This document shows positions 55,336-64,000 of a DNA stretch of 64,000 bases, piece by piece. The notes under the pieces were generated by a model. That model was not told where the DNA came from. It saw only the letters and a list, made by a program, of their open reading frames with translations, and made no database searches. The translations under genes and the position numbers were made by a program. This stretch comes from Minisyncoccota bacterium. Lineage in GTDB: Bacteria > Patescibacteriota > Minisyncoccia > Phycocordibacterales > UBA9973. The DNA is taken from NCBI GenBank assembly GCA_041661005.1, contig JBAZVG010000001.1, forward strand, positions 196,917 through 260,916, written 5' to 3'. Numbering within the stretch: position 1 is the stretch's first letter; every line of letters begins with the position of its first letter.

Positions 55336-57041
55336 AAGCTGAAACAAAAATCTGTCAAAACTGTAAAAAGGATTTCGTCATCGAATCGGATGATTTTGGA
55401 TTTTATAAAAAGATGGGTGTACCGGTGCCGACTTTTTGCCCTGACTGTAGGTTTCAAAGAAGACTTTTATTTAGAAATAATCGAGTGTTTTATAAACGCG
55501 AGTGTGCTTTTTGTAAGAAAGTAGTTCTAAGTTTATATAATAAGGATCGTCCTTTTATAGTTTATTGTCATGATTGCTGGTTTTCAGATAAATGGGATGT
55601 AATGAGTTATGGACGTGATTATGATTTTTCAATTCCATTTTTTAGACAATTTCAATTACTCCAAAAAGCAGTACCCAGAGCAAACTTATACCAAACAAAT
55701 TTCGTTTCAAGTGAATATTGTAATTACGGACTAGATTTTAAAGAATGTTATCTTTTATTTGGAGGTCATAATAACGAGCGAGTTTATTTTGGCAATCAGG
55801 TTTTTGATTCCCGTGATTCCTTTGATATTGCATTCTCAGCAACAAATGAACTTAGCTATGAAATTTTCGAGGGTAAAAGTTTAAACAAAGTTGTTTATAG
55901 TTCTTATTCAAAAGATTGTATAGACAGCCATTATCTAATTTTTTGCAAAAATTGCATTAATTGTTTTGGTTGTATCGGGCTGGTAAATAAGCAATATTAT
56001 ATTTGGAATATCCCACATTCGAAAGCAAGTTATGAAAAGTTCATTAAAGAAAATCAAGGAAGCTATACAAGGCACCTTGAAAATTTAAGAAAACTTCAGG
56101 AATTGAAATTAGAATTACCACACAGATATGCGAGAGTATACCAATCTGTAAATTCTGACGGTGATGATATTAGAAGATGTAGAAATACCCACATGGCTTT
56201 CACGTCCAGTGATGCGGAAAACTCCAAACATCTTTTTTTTTGCGTAAGAGGCGCAAACGAGTGCTATGATAATTCTTTTCAGGGTACAGGTAGTGAACTC
56301 TTATATGAAATAGCCCACGGTTTCGGTGGTTCCAGAAGTATTGTCGGTGTCGGAAATTTTAGTAATCAAGATTCACAATATAATGAGGAATGCCACGATT
56401 GTTTAAATATTTTTGGATGCGAAGGATTGCGAAAGAAACAATATTGTATTTTGAATAAACAATATAGTAAGGAAGAGTATGAAAAAATATTACCTAAAAT
56501 AATTGTGCATATGAAAAGCACGAGAGAATATGGTGAATTTTTCCCTAGTAATTTATCTCCGTTTTCATACAACGAAACTATTGCGCAAGAATATTTTCCT
56601 TTAAACAAAGAAGACGCCCTAAAACAAGGTTTTCTATGGCAGGACAGTGAAGCCAGGAATTATAAAATTGATATAGAAAATCAGGATATACCGGATAACA
56701 TCCAAGATGTTACGGAAAATATAGTGAGTAAAGTGATTGCTTGCGGACACGAAGGTAAATGCAAACATCAATGTACTGAGGCATTTAAAATTGTCTCTGA
56801 AGAATTTAAATTCTATAAAAAAATGAATTTGCCCTTGCCTAGACTATGTCCGAATTGTAGACATTATCAGCGTATCAATTTAAGAAATCCATTGAAACTT
56901 TGGGAGAGAGTTTGCATGTGCGAAAAAGAAAATCATTTTCACGGGCAAGAAAAATGTGTAGTAGAATTCAAAACGAGCTATGCATCAGACAGACCAGAAA
57001 TAGTGTATTGTGAAAAATGTTATCAACAAGAAATTTATTAA
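55332..57041 (+). CDS. Large cysteine-rich protein, paralog of 6857-8581, embedded in the pur operon
   Basis: 569 aa; N- and C-terminal modules and internal Cys repeats are collinear with the first copy. ATGA overlap with the purL stop codon. Confidence 0.8.
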   Translation: MKAETKICQNCKKDFVIESDDFGFYKKMGVPVPTFCPDCRFQRRLLFRNNRVFYKRECAFCKKVVLSLYNKDRPFIVYCHDCWFSDKWDVMSYGRDYDFSIPFFRQFQLLQKAVPRANLYQTNFVSSEYCNYGLDFKECYLLFGGHNNERVYFGNQVFDSRDSFDIAFSATNELSYEIFEGKSLNKVVYSSYSKDCIDSHYLIFCKNCINCFGCIGLVNKQYYIWNIPHSKASYEKFIKENQGSYTRHLENLRKLQELKLELPHRYARVYQSVNSDGDDIRRCRNTHMAFTSSDAENSKHLFFCVRGANECYDNSFQGTGSELLYEIAHGFGGSRSIVGVGNFSNQDSQYNEECHDCLNIFGCEGLRKKQYCILNKQYSKEEYEKILPKIIVHMKSTREYGEFFPSNLSPFSYNETIAQEYFPLNKEDALKQGFLWQDSEARNYKIDIENQDIPDNIQDVTENIVSKVIACGHEGKCKHQCTEAFKIVSEEFKFYKKMNLPLPRLCPNCRHYQRINLRNPLKLWERVCMCEKENHFHGQEKCVVEFKTSYASDRPEIVYCEKCYQQEIY

Positions 57042-57045
57042 AATA

Positions 57046-57900
57046 ATGAAAAATAAAAAACTACATTCGCATAGCTCAGTATTTTCGGCAAAAAAGCCTC
57101 GGATTATAATAATGTCCGGTTACGGACTTAATTGTGAAGAAGAAACAAAATTCGCTTTTGAGACGACAGGTGGAATTGCGAATATTGTGCATATCAATGA
57201 CCTTATCGCTAAACCGAAGATGCTTTCACAATATCAAATACTGGTTTTTCCGGGAGGGTTTTCTTATGGCGATGATACTGGTAGTGGAAAAGCTTATGCA
57301 AATAAATTTAAAAATCATCTAGAAAAAGAACTAGAGGAATTCTTATCTCGCGACACTCTCACTATAGGTATTTGTAACGGATTTCAAATCATAACTAATT
57401 TAGGAATTTTACCCGGTGCGTTAACGCATAATAAAAATGGTAAATATATCGACCGTTGGGTGGACCTGACCACCTCCACAGGAAGCTCCAGTGTGTCAAA
57501 GGAAGTTAGTCCATGGCTTAAAGATATTAAAAGTATATCGCTTCCGATAGCGCACGGCGAAGGGCATTATGTTGTTGACCCAAAGAAATACAAAGAATTA
57601 GAAAAAAATAACCAGATAGCTTTTAAATATACCAAAGGGGAAATTTGTAAATTTCAAAATCTCGAAAAAAATCCTAATGGCTCGGAACATGACATTGCGG
57701 GAGTTTTGGCATATAATGGTAGGGTATTGGGAATGATGCCCCATCCGGAAAGGGCCATGTTTTCACACCAGAGTCCGTTGTGGTCCCTCGACAAAACTCG
57801 GGATAAACAGAAAATAAAAAAGGAAGGAATAGGTTTACAAATTTTTAAAAACGCAGTTAATTATTTCAAGAATCATGAGAAAAATTTCTTAGGAAAATAA
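57046..57900 (+). CDS. purQ: Phosphoribosylformylglycinamidine synthase glutaminase subunit
   Basis: Class I GATase: RIIIMSGYGLNCEEET, FPGGFSYGDD, GICNGFQ and a catalytic His region. The ORF track begins it at 57010 with a non-ATG codon. Confidence 0.8.
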   Translation: MKNKKLHSHSSVFSAKKPRIIIMSGYGLNCEEETKFAFETTGGIANIVHINDLIAKPKMLSQYQILVFPGGFSYGDDTGSGKAYANKFKNHLEKELEEFLSRDTLTIGICNGFQIITNLGILPGALTHNKNGKYIDRWVDLTTSTGSSSVSKEVSPWLKDIKSISLPIAHGEGHYVVDPKKYKELEKNNQIAFKYTKGEICKFQNLEKNPNGSEHDIAGVLAYNGRVLGMMPHPERAMFSHQSPLWSLDKTRDKQKIKKEGIGLQIFKNAVNYFKNHEKNFLGK

Positions 57901-57931
57901 ACTTTTTCTAAGAAATTTTTAGAAAATTACT

Positions 57932-59365
57932 ATGAAAGATTTAAACGAAAAGTGCGCAGTATTTGGAATTTTTGGAGACAAAAATTCTTTAGAAAATAGA
58001 ATTGCAAGAGAGACATATTTCGGATTATTTTCTTTACAACATCGCGGACAGGAACATTCGGGGATTGCGACGACTGACGGTGAAAGACTTCACATGCACA
58101 AAAGCTCAGGCTTGGTAAGTCAAATTTATACTGAAGAAATTTTAAAAAAACTTCCCGGTTTTGCCGCCATTGGACACAATCGCTATTCTACATCCAATGG
58201 AAATCATGTCGAATACGCCCAGCCATTTCTTTACGATAATCTTTTTGCTTTTGGGCATAATGGCAATTTGCCGAGCACGGCAAAATTGGTTGAATTCTTA
58301 AAAAAAAATAATGAAATATCAAAAAATCTTTCTGATTCACAACTCATGACGCAAGCCATCGGTGTATATGTAAAAAAAGGAGAATCACTCGCTGACTCTA
58401 TTGAAAAAACTTACCCACTTTTTACTGGAGCGTTCTCTTGTGTAGTGCTGGGATTAAACGAACTGATAGCTTTTCGCGATTCGTGTGGTATTCGCCCGCT
58501 TATTTTAGGTAAAAGAGGGAACGAAACAATCATATGTTCTGAGACATGCGCGTTAAACACTCTCGGAGCAGAATTCATAAGGGAAATAGATCCCGGAGAA
58601 ATGGTTATTGTCACAAAAAATGGCATTAAAAGCAGAAAAATAGCCAAAGCCAAGCCAAAATTTGATATTTTTGAATTTGTTTATTTTGCTCGTTATGACA
58701 GCATGATGCTCGGCAAATCTGTTTACGAAGTTAGAAAAAACTTAGGACGCATGCTCGCGCGTCAAAACAAAACACAGAATAAAATTAACAGCGGAGTAAA
58801 CGATGTCGACATGATAATTCCCGTGCCGGAATCAGCCATATCGGCCTCGATCGGCTACGCAGAAGAATCAGGCATACCATTTGAAATGGCTATTTCTAAG
58901 AACCGTTATATTAATCGCACTTTTATCGAACCCACCCAAGAGATTCGAGCGGAAAAAGTGAAATTAAAACTCTCTCCACTCAAAAGCGTAATCTTTGGAA
59001 AAAAAATTGCGGTAATGGATGATTCGATAGTGCGAGGCACAACTAGCAAGCAAATTGTAAAAATGCTTTTTGAAGCAGGCGCAAAAGAAGTGCATTTCTT
59101 GGTGAGTTCTGCGCCGATACGTTTCCCTGATTTTTACGGTATTGATACCCCGAATCAAAAAGAACTTATTGCTTCAAAGAAGACAATAAAAGAAATCTGT
59201 AAATTCCTTGGAGCGACATCACTTTCATATTTATCAATTGACGGAATGGTGTCTGCAACGGGGTTACCCAAAGAATGTTTTTCGCTTGCTTCTTTTGATG
59301 GAGTTTATCCGGTTGATATTCATGAACGCGCCAAAGAGATAAATTACGATGTCCCAAAAGACTAA
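57932..59365 (+). CDS. purF: Amidophosphoribosyltransferase
   Basis: N-terminal MKDLNEKCAVFGIFG (Ntn Cys) and a PRTase domain with DDSIVRGTT. Confidence 0.9.
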   Translation: MKDLNEKCAVFGIFGDKNSLENRIARETYFGLFSLQHRGQEHSGIATTDGERLHMHKSSGLVSQIYTEEILKKLPGFAAIGHNRYSTSNGNHVEYAQPFLYDNLFAFGHNGNLPSTAKLVEFLKKNNEISKNLSDSQLMTQAIGVYVKKGESLADSIEKTYPLFTGAFSCVVLGLNELIAFRDSCGIRPLILGKRGNETIICSETCALNTLGAEFIREIDPGEMVIVTKNGIKSRKIAKAKPKFDIFEFVYFARYDSMMLGKSVYEVRKNLGRMLARQNKTQNKINSGVNDVDMIIPVPESAISASIGYAEESGIPFEMAISKNRYINRTFIEPTQEIRAEKVKLKLSPLKSVIFGKKIAVMDDSIVRGTTSKQIVKMLFEAGAKEVHFLVSSAPIRFPDFYGIDTPNQKELIASKKTIKEICKFLGATSLSYLSIDGMVSATGLPKECFSLASFDGVYPVDIHERAKEINYDVPKD

Positions 59366-59957
59366 AATAAAATTGGCAATTCTTATTTCCGACGCTGGCA
59401 CTGGCACTAATCTCCAAGCTATAATTGACGGAATCGAGAATGGAAAAATTAATGCAGAAATATGCGCAGTGATTTCCGACAAAATTGAAACGCAGGGATT
59501 GGAACGCGCTAGAAAACACAATTTAAAAATTGAAATTTGCTCAAAAAAAGAAGCCCTACTTCCGCTCTTAAAAAAATTAAATCCAAATTATATTTGCCTT
59601 GCTGGTTGGAAGCAGATTATTTTAGATGAAGTAATCCTCGCATATCCGAATAAAATTTTAAATTTACACCCGGGGCTTATTCCGAACACTATTGGTGGAG
59701 ATGTGAAAAATCCCGATGGCACAGACGCGCTTTGGAACAAGGGAATGCTCACAACCAAAGCTATTCAAAATTTTTTAGATCAAAAGTCTACCTTTGCAGG
59801 ATCATCAATCCATTTTTTGACGTTAAATTTTGATTTTGGTCCGGTTCTGGATAGAACTTTTGAAAAAATTCAAGCTGGAGATACTGTGGAATCTTTGTAT
59901 AGAAGGCTAAAGAAAAAAGAAAATAACTTATACGTAGAAGTTTTATCCCGCTTATAG
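59349..59957 (+). CDS. purN: Phosphoribosylglycinamide formyltransferase
   Basis: KLAILISDAGTGTNLQAI ... LAGWKQII ... NLHPGL(IP). Confidence 0.85.
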   Translation: MSQKTKIKLAILISDAGTGTNLQAIIDGIENGKINAEICAVISDKIETQGLERARKHNLKIEICSKKEALLPLLKKLNPNYICLAGWKQIILDEVILAYPNKILNLHPGLIPNTIGGDVKNPDGTDALWNKGMLTTKAIQNFLDQKSTFAGSSIHFLTLNFDFGPVLDRTFEKIQAGDTVESLYRRLKKKENNLYVEVLSRL

Positions 59958-59975
59958 CGGGACCCCGCCAAGGCG

Positions 59976-61280
59976 GTGGGAAAAATTAACCAAATGAAAC
60001 AAGATAAACGAAAAATTTTAATAATTGGCGGCGGAGGAAGAGAACATGCAATAGGATGGAAAATTACCCAGTCTGAAAGGTCAGTGGACCTGTATTTTGC
60101 TCCTGGAAACGCGGGAACAGCTCAAATTGGAACAAATTTGCTTATCATGGCAACGAATGTATCAGGGCTCTTAAATTTCGCAAAGGAAGAGAAAATAGAT
60201 CTAATATTGGCTTTGCCTGACGATCCTCTTGCTCTCGGTATAGTTGATGAATTTCAAAAAGCGGGTATGCGAATTTGGGGTCCAACAAAGAGAGCGAGTG
60301 AGCTTGAGTGGTCTAAAGCATATGCTAAAGATTTAATGAAAAGACATAAAATCCCAACTGCGAAACACGAAGTTTTTACTAACTTTGAAAAAGCAAAAAC
60401 ATATATTGAAAAAGGGTCATTACCTATTGTGATCAAAGCAAGTGGGCTGGCGCTCGGGAAAGGCGTGACAGTCGCGCAAACGAAAGAGGAAGCCGTCGAA
60501 GCGCTTCATAAAATATTGGTAGATAAAATTTTTGGAAATGCCGGTAATGAAGTTGTGATTGAAGAATATCTATCCGGTATTGAAATTTCAATTCACGCAA
60601 TTTCTGATGGAAAATCATGGAAAATTTTTCCATCATCGCAAGATCACAAACGCATATTTGACGGAAATGTGGGTCCGAACACTGGCGGAATGGGAGTTAT
60701 TGCGCCACTGCCTTTTGTAGATGATAAACTTATGTTGCAAATTGAAAAAGAAATAATTAAACCCACCATAGATGGAATGAGAGAAGAGGGAAGACCGTTT
60801 GTTGGCATTTTGTATCCAGGAATAATGCTTACCAACGAAGGTCCGAAGGTATTTGAATTTAACGCGCGTTTTGGCGATCCAGAAACACAAGTCTATATGC
60901 GATTGCTTGATACGGATATTCTCGATATTATTGACGCCAGTATTGATGGTAAAATTTCTAACTTAGACATCCAGTGGAAAAAAAATAAATATGCCTGCAA
61001 TATTGCGCTGGCTTCAGCCGGTTATCCGGGAAATTATGAGAAGGGGAACCCCATCCTCCTTGAGGAGGGGGGAGGGGGTGGTGACATCATAATCTTTCAC
61101 GCCGGTACAAAAATAGAAAACAATAAACTTGTCACCAACGGCGGGCGAGTTCTGGGAGTCAGTGCCGTAGGTGATACTTTAAAAGAAGCGCTTAAGAAAG
61201 CATATAAAGCAATAGATAAAATTTCTTTTGCGGGGATGCAATATAGAAAAGATATCGGCAAAATTGCTCTTAAATTGTAA
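59976..61280 (+). CDS. purD: Phosphoribosylamine--glycine ligase
   Basis: ILIIGGGGREHAIGWKI N-terminus, ATP-grasp fold, C-terminal domain. Confidence 0.9.
   Translation: MGKINQMKQDKRKILIIGGGGREHAIGWKITQSERSVDLYFAPGNAGTAQIGTNLLIMATNVSGLLNFAKEEKIDLILALPDDPLALGIVDEFQKAGMRIWGPTKRASELEWSKAYAKDLMKRHKIPTAKHEVFTNFEKAKTYIEKGSLPIVIKASGLALGKGVTVAQTKEEAVEALHKILVDKIFGNAGNEVVIEEYLSGIEISIHAISDGKSWKIFPSSQDHKRIFDGNVGPNTGGMGVIAPLPFVDDKLMLQIEKEIIKPTIDGMREEGRPFVGILYPGIMLTNEGPKVFEFNARFGDPETQVYMRLLDTDILDIIDASIDGKISNLDIQWKKNKYACNIALASAGYPGNYEKGNPILLEEGGGGGDIIIFHAGTKIENNKLVTNGGRVLGVSAVGDTLKEALKKAYKAIDKISFAGMQYRKDIGKIALKL
61045..61085 (+). repeat. G-rich hairpin segment in purD (CCTCC-TTGA-GGAGG GGGGAGGGGGTGGTGA) related to the rsmI insertion
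   Basis: Shares the CTCCTTGA..GGAG.GGGG..GGGGGAG.GGTGA pattern with 3731-3786 and is translated LLEEGGGGGD. It may be partly native linker. Confidence 0.4.
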
Positions 61281-61572
61281 AAATAAAAAGAGCCGTCCCT
61301 CTGGGTGGGACGGCTCGGGTTGAAATTGATGTCTGTTTGTTGTGCTTGTACTGGAAGCACTGCCATTTTAGGCGGAGGTGGTACCCAGTCTTGTTCAAAA
61401 ACACCGTGATATTTTGAATTAAATTGGGAACCTCTTCCGTTTGTTTGGACCAATAAAACTTGAACAACAGTCGAAATTATGCGACAGAAAAGTCCGCATA
61501 CCGACTGGTAAAAGAAGAACAGCATACTTAGTGAGGACTATAACACAGAAAAGATAAATAAATCAAGTAAAT

Positions 61573-62937
61573 CTATCTATCCCAATTAAAAAAGTGCTCG
61601 CGGTCAGGACCGGTGCCGACGGAGATGATTTTCACATCGAGATCGGCTAGTTCAGCTTTTATATATTTTAAATACGAGGCTAATTCTTTTGAAACTTTCT
61701 TTTTGTCTCTTACCCCATAATTAGCTTTTCCCCAGCCGGGTATTTCTTCTGTCACTACGCTTTTTATTTCACTTAAGTAAAGCGGGAATTCCTTGAAATT
61801 TTTCCCAGCATTGTTTTTGTATCCAGTCACAACTTTCACTTTATCGCTCAGGCAGATATCGGCCTTATTTATAAAAATTTTATTGGCGCCCGATAAGGTA
61901 ATCGCATAACGAAGCGCAAACAGATCGAGCCAGCCACACATACGAGGTCTTCCAGTCGTAGCTCCGAATTCATGTCCAGCATTTTGAAAAAGTTTTTCTA
62001 GAGCTTCGTCTTTGATTCTAGAAGGAAAATTTCCACCACCCACTTTAGTAGTATAAGCTTTAATAACTCCATATATATTTCTGATTGCAGTATGAGGCAC
62101 ACCCAAACCGAGACACGCATTCGCCGGCAGGGTATTACTGCTTGTGACATTTGGATAATCTCCAAAATCAATATCAAGCATGACAGCTTGCGCTCCCTCG
62201 GCTAAAATATTTTTACCCTCGCGCAATCGTGTTTGAATCAAAAATGCTAAATCGCAAATTTGTAATTTTTTCATTTCTTTCACAGCTTTCAGCCATTTTT
62301 CTTTTGTTTCTTTTATTTTTTCTACAGGAATTTCAAAACCATACTTCTCTTTATACATATTCAAGATATTCATGTGGAATTCCGCAAGAGCTGTTTCTTT
62401 TTGTTCAAAATCAGAAAGAAGTATGTCGCCGATTAGAAGCCCTCTTCGAGCTCGCACATCGCTATAAGCAGGACCGATACCTCTTGAAGTCGTGCCTATT
62501 TTTGTTCCTAGTTTATTTCTGCGATATTCGTCAGCCTGATCTAAAAACGGATGTAAATATGAAACTAATTTTGCGCGATTAGAAATATAAAGACAAGAGG
62601 CAACATCAAACCCTAAACTTTTCAATTGGGACATTTCTGCCGTCAATGACACAGCATCGACTACGACACCATTGCCAATATATAATTCTATATTTTTTTG
62701 CAAACATCCAGAAGGCACGATATGTCCGATGAAAGTCACATCGCCCAATTTGAGAGTGTGTCCGGCATTTGCTCCGCCTTGGAAACGCGCTACCCCCGAA
62801 TAATCACCCCTCGATAGAAGCTCATCTATATTTTTTCCTTTTCCCTCGTCTCCCCATTGCAGGCCGACAACTACATCAACAAATCCATGTCGAGACGATG
62901 AGCGAGCTTTTTTATTTTTTACAATTTTACTTTTCAT
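61573..62937 (-). CDS. purA: Adenylosuccinate synthetase
   Basis: QWGDEGKGK P-loop, GIGP and TTGR motifs; ~20-aa N-terminal extension in the ORF track. Confidence 0.9.
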   Translation of the reverse strand: MKSKIVKNKKARSSSRHGFVDVVVGLQWGDEGKGKNIDELLSRGDYSGVARFQGGANAGHTLKLGDVTFIGHIVPSGCLQKNIELYIGNGVVVDAVSLTAEMSQLKSLGFDVASCLYISNRAKLVSYLHPFLDQADEYRRNKLGTKIGTTSRGIGPAYSDVRARRGLLIGDILLSDFEQKETALAEFHMNILNMYKEKYGFEIPVEKIKETKEKWLKAVKEMKKLQICDLAFLIQTRLREGKNILAEGAQAVMLDIDFGDYPNVTSSNTLPANACLGLGVPHTAIRNIYGVIKAYTTKVGGGNFPSRIKDEALEKLFQNAGHEFGATTGRPRMCGWLDLFALRYAITLSGANKIFINKADICLSDKVKVVTGYKNNAGKNFKEFPLYLSEIKSVVTEEIPGWGKANYGVRDKKKVSKELASYLKYIKAELADLDVKIISVGTGPDREHFFNWDR

Positions 62938-62940
62938 AAT

Positions 62941-64000
62941 CTAGTTTCCAATACTATAATTAGGAGCTTCTTTTGTAATTATGACATCGTGCGGATGACT
63001 TTCTGTCATACCAGACTGCGTAATTCTAACAAATTTTGCTTTTTTCTGCAGAGCCTCAATATTTTTTGCTCCACAATACCCCATGCCAGCTCTAAGTCCT
63101 CCAACGAGCTGATAAACAACTTCGGAAAGACCGCCTTTGAAAGACACCCTACCCACAATGCCCTCAGGCACAAGTTTTTTAATATCATCTTCCGCGTCTT
63201 GGAAATATCTATCCTTTGAGCCTTGATGCATAGCTTCGATTGAACCCATACCACGGTATGTTTTATATTTTCTGGCTTCTAAGATTATTGTCTCACCCGG
63301 AGATTCTTCTACTCCGGCAAAAATAGAACCGGCCATAACCGAACTTGCCCCAGCGGCGATAGCTTTTGGAATGTCTCCAGTATGCCGTATTCCTCCGTCA
63401 GCGATAATCGGCACACCAGATCCTTTTATCGCTCTAGCAACTTCATACACAGCAGAAAATTGCGGAAAACCAACGCCAGCGATCACCCGAGTGGTGCAAA
63501 TTGACCCCGGACCGATGCCAACTTTTACCGCATCAGCTCCAGCCAGCACCAAGTCTTTTGCCGCATCTCCGGTAGCGATATTTCCGACTATAACTTCTAA
63601 TTTTGGAAATATTTTTTTTATTTTCTTTAACATCTCGATCACCCCCTTGGAATGACCATGAGCCGTATCTATAACTATCGCATCAACTCCATTTTGTTCG
63701 AGCTCTTTGACTCTCTCTAAAGTATCAGCTGTCACTCCGACTGCAGCGCCCACTCGCAGACGTCCGAGACTATCTCTGCAGGAATTCGGGCGGGATTTCA
63801 CTTTCATTATATCTTTATAAGTAATGAGACCGATAAGCTTGTTTTGTTTATCAACCAAAGGCAATTTTTCAACTTTATATTTTGTAAGTATTTTTTCTGC
63901 ATCGGCTAGATTTGTGCCTAGACTGCCGGTTATTAAATTTTTCTTGGTCATAATTTCTCCGACAGGAAGCTCTAAATTTTTCTGAAACCTCAAATCTCGA
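62941..64000 (-). CDS. guaB: IMP dehydrogenase, 3'-portion (gene continues beyond the window end)
   Basis: GIGPGSICTTR, GGIR..GD, one CBS-domain segment near the window edge. The reading frame is open to position 64000 (TTG at 63993 is not the true start). Confidence 0.8.
   Translation of the reverse strand, partial: RDLRFQKNLELPVGEIMTKKNLITGSLGTNLADAEKILTKYKVEKLPLVDKQNKLIGLITYKDIMKVKSRPNSCRDSLGRLRVGAAVGVTADTLERVKELEQNGVDAIVIDTAHGHSKGVIEMLKKIKKIFPKLEVIVGNIATGDAAKDLVLAGADAVKVGIGPGSICTTRVIAGVGFPQFSAVYEVARAIKGSGVPIIADGGIRHTGDIPKAIAAGASSVMAGSIFAGVEESPGETIILEARKYKTYRGMGSIEAMHQGSKDRYFQDAEDDIKKLVPEGIVGRVSFKGGLSEVVYQLVGGLRAGMGYCGAKNIEALQKKAKFVRITQSGMTESHPHDVIITKEAPNYSIGN

Noticed and set aside
61045-61085. 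purD G-rich segment as a definite insertion
   Set aside because: PurD orthologs have a variable Gly-rich loop at this position. The nucleotide similarity to the rsmI element is suggestive, but the segment may be partly native, so it is kept only as a low-confidence relation.
61288-61320. Hairpin GAGCCGTCCC-tctgggtg-GGACGGCTC after purD as a rho-independent terminator
   Set aside because: The stem is strong but no U-tract follows. It may still function bidirectionally between convergent purD and purA, but it is not confidently a canonical terminator.

Overview
The window is AT-rich (roughly 33-38% GC by eye), gene-dense bacterial chromosome with a compact, CPR/Patescibacteria-like housekeeping gene set: atpD/atpC, rsmI, mreB, holB-like, frr, rseP, ddl, alr, rpmG plus tRNA-Trp, miaA, murA, parB, topA, dprA, serS, dus, dnaX, glmS. 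It also carries a pgl-gnd-zwf oxidative pentose-phosphate operon, tdh-kbl, and a de novo purine cluster (purL-purQ-purF-purN-purD, with purA and guaB convergent). The genome is heavily colonised by small palindromic DNA elements, and I count five families, all reported as separate findings below. Two of them form a structure I have not seen described. (a) A 45-nt element (CCCGCCTAGACCCGCTTCGATGCGAAGCGAGCTCGGCGAGGCTGG) and its 24-nt deletion derivative sit in frame inside alr, miaA, dnaX and purL, in the manner of Rickettsia RPEs. (b) Two MITE-like elements with CCCGTTAGAA terminal inverted repeats and ATG-containing target-site duplications sit exactly at the start codons of frr and rseP. Further mobile or selfish content: a GC-rich (~55%) island integrated at tRNA-Gln, carrying a large serine recombinase and decayed RHS/YD polymorphic-toxin pieces (30.7-37.7 kb); a second GC-rich block encoding a secreted protein (16.6-17.9 kb); a convergent type II R-M pair (C5-MTase plus a putative REase with an N-terminal HTH); a free-standing LAGLIDADG homing endonuclease abutting tRNA-Leu; and a RelE/RHH toxin-antitoxin pair. 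Unusual proteins: an HTH_XRE-MurA fusion with a perfect palindrome in its promoter; an orphan sigma-54 enhancer-binding protein; and a duplicated ~570-aa cysteine-rich protein family of unknown function, one copy translationally coupled inside the pur operon between purL and purQ. All calls rest on reading the supplied ORF translations and the DNA by eye; no database searches were run.
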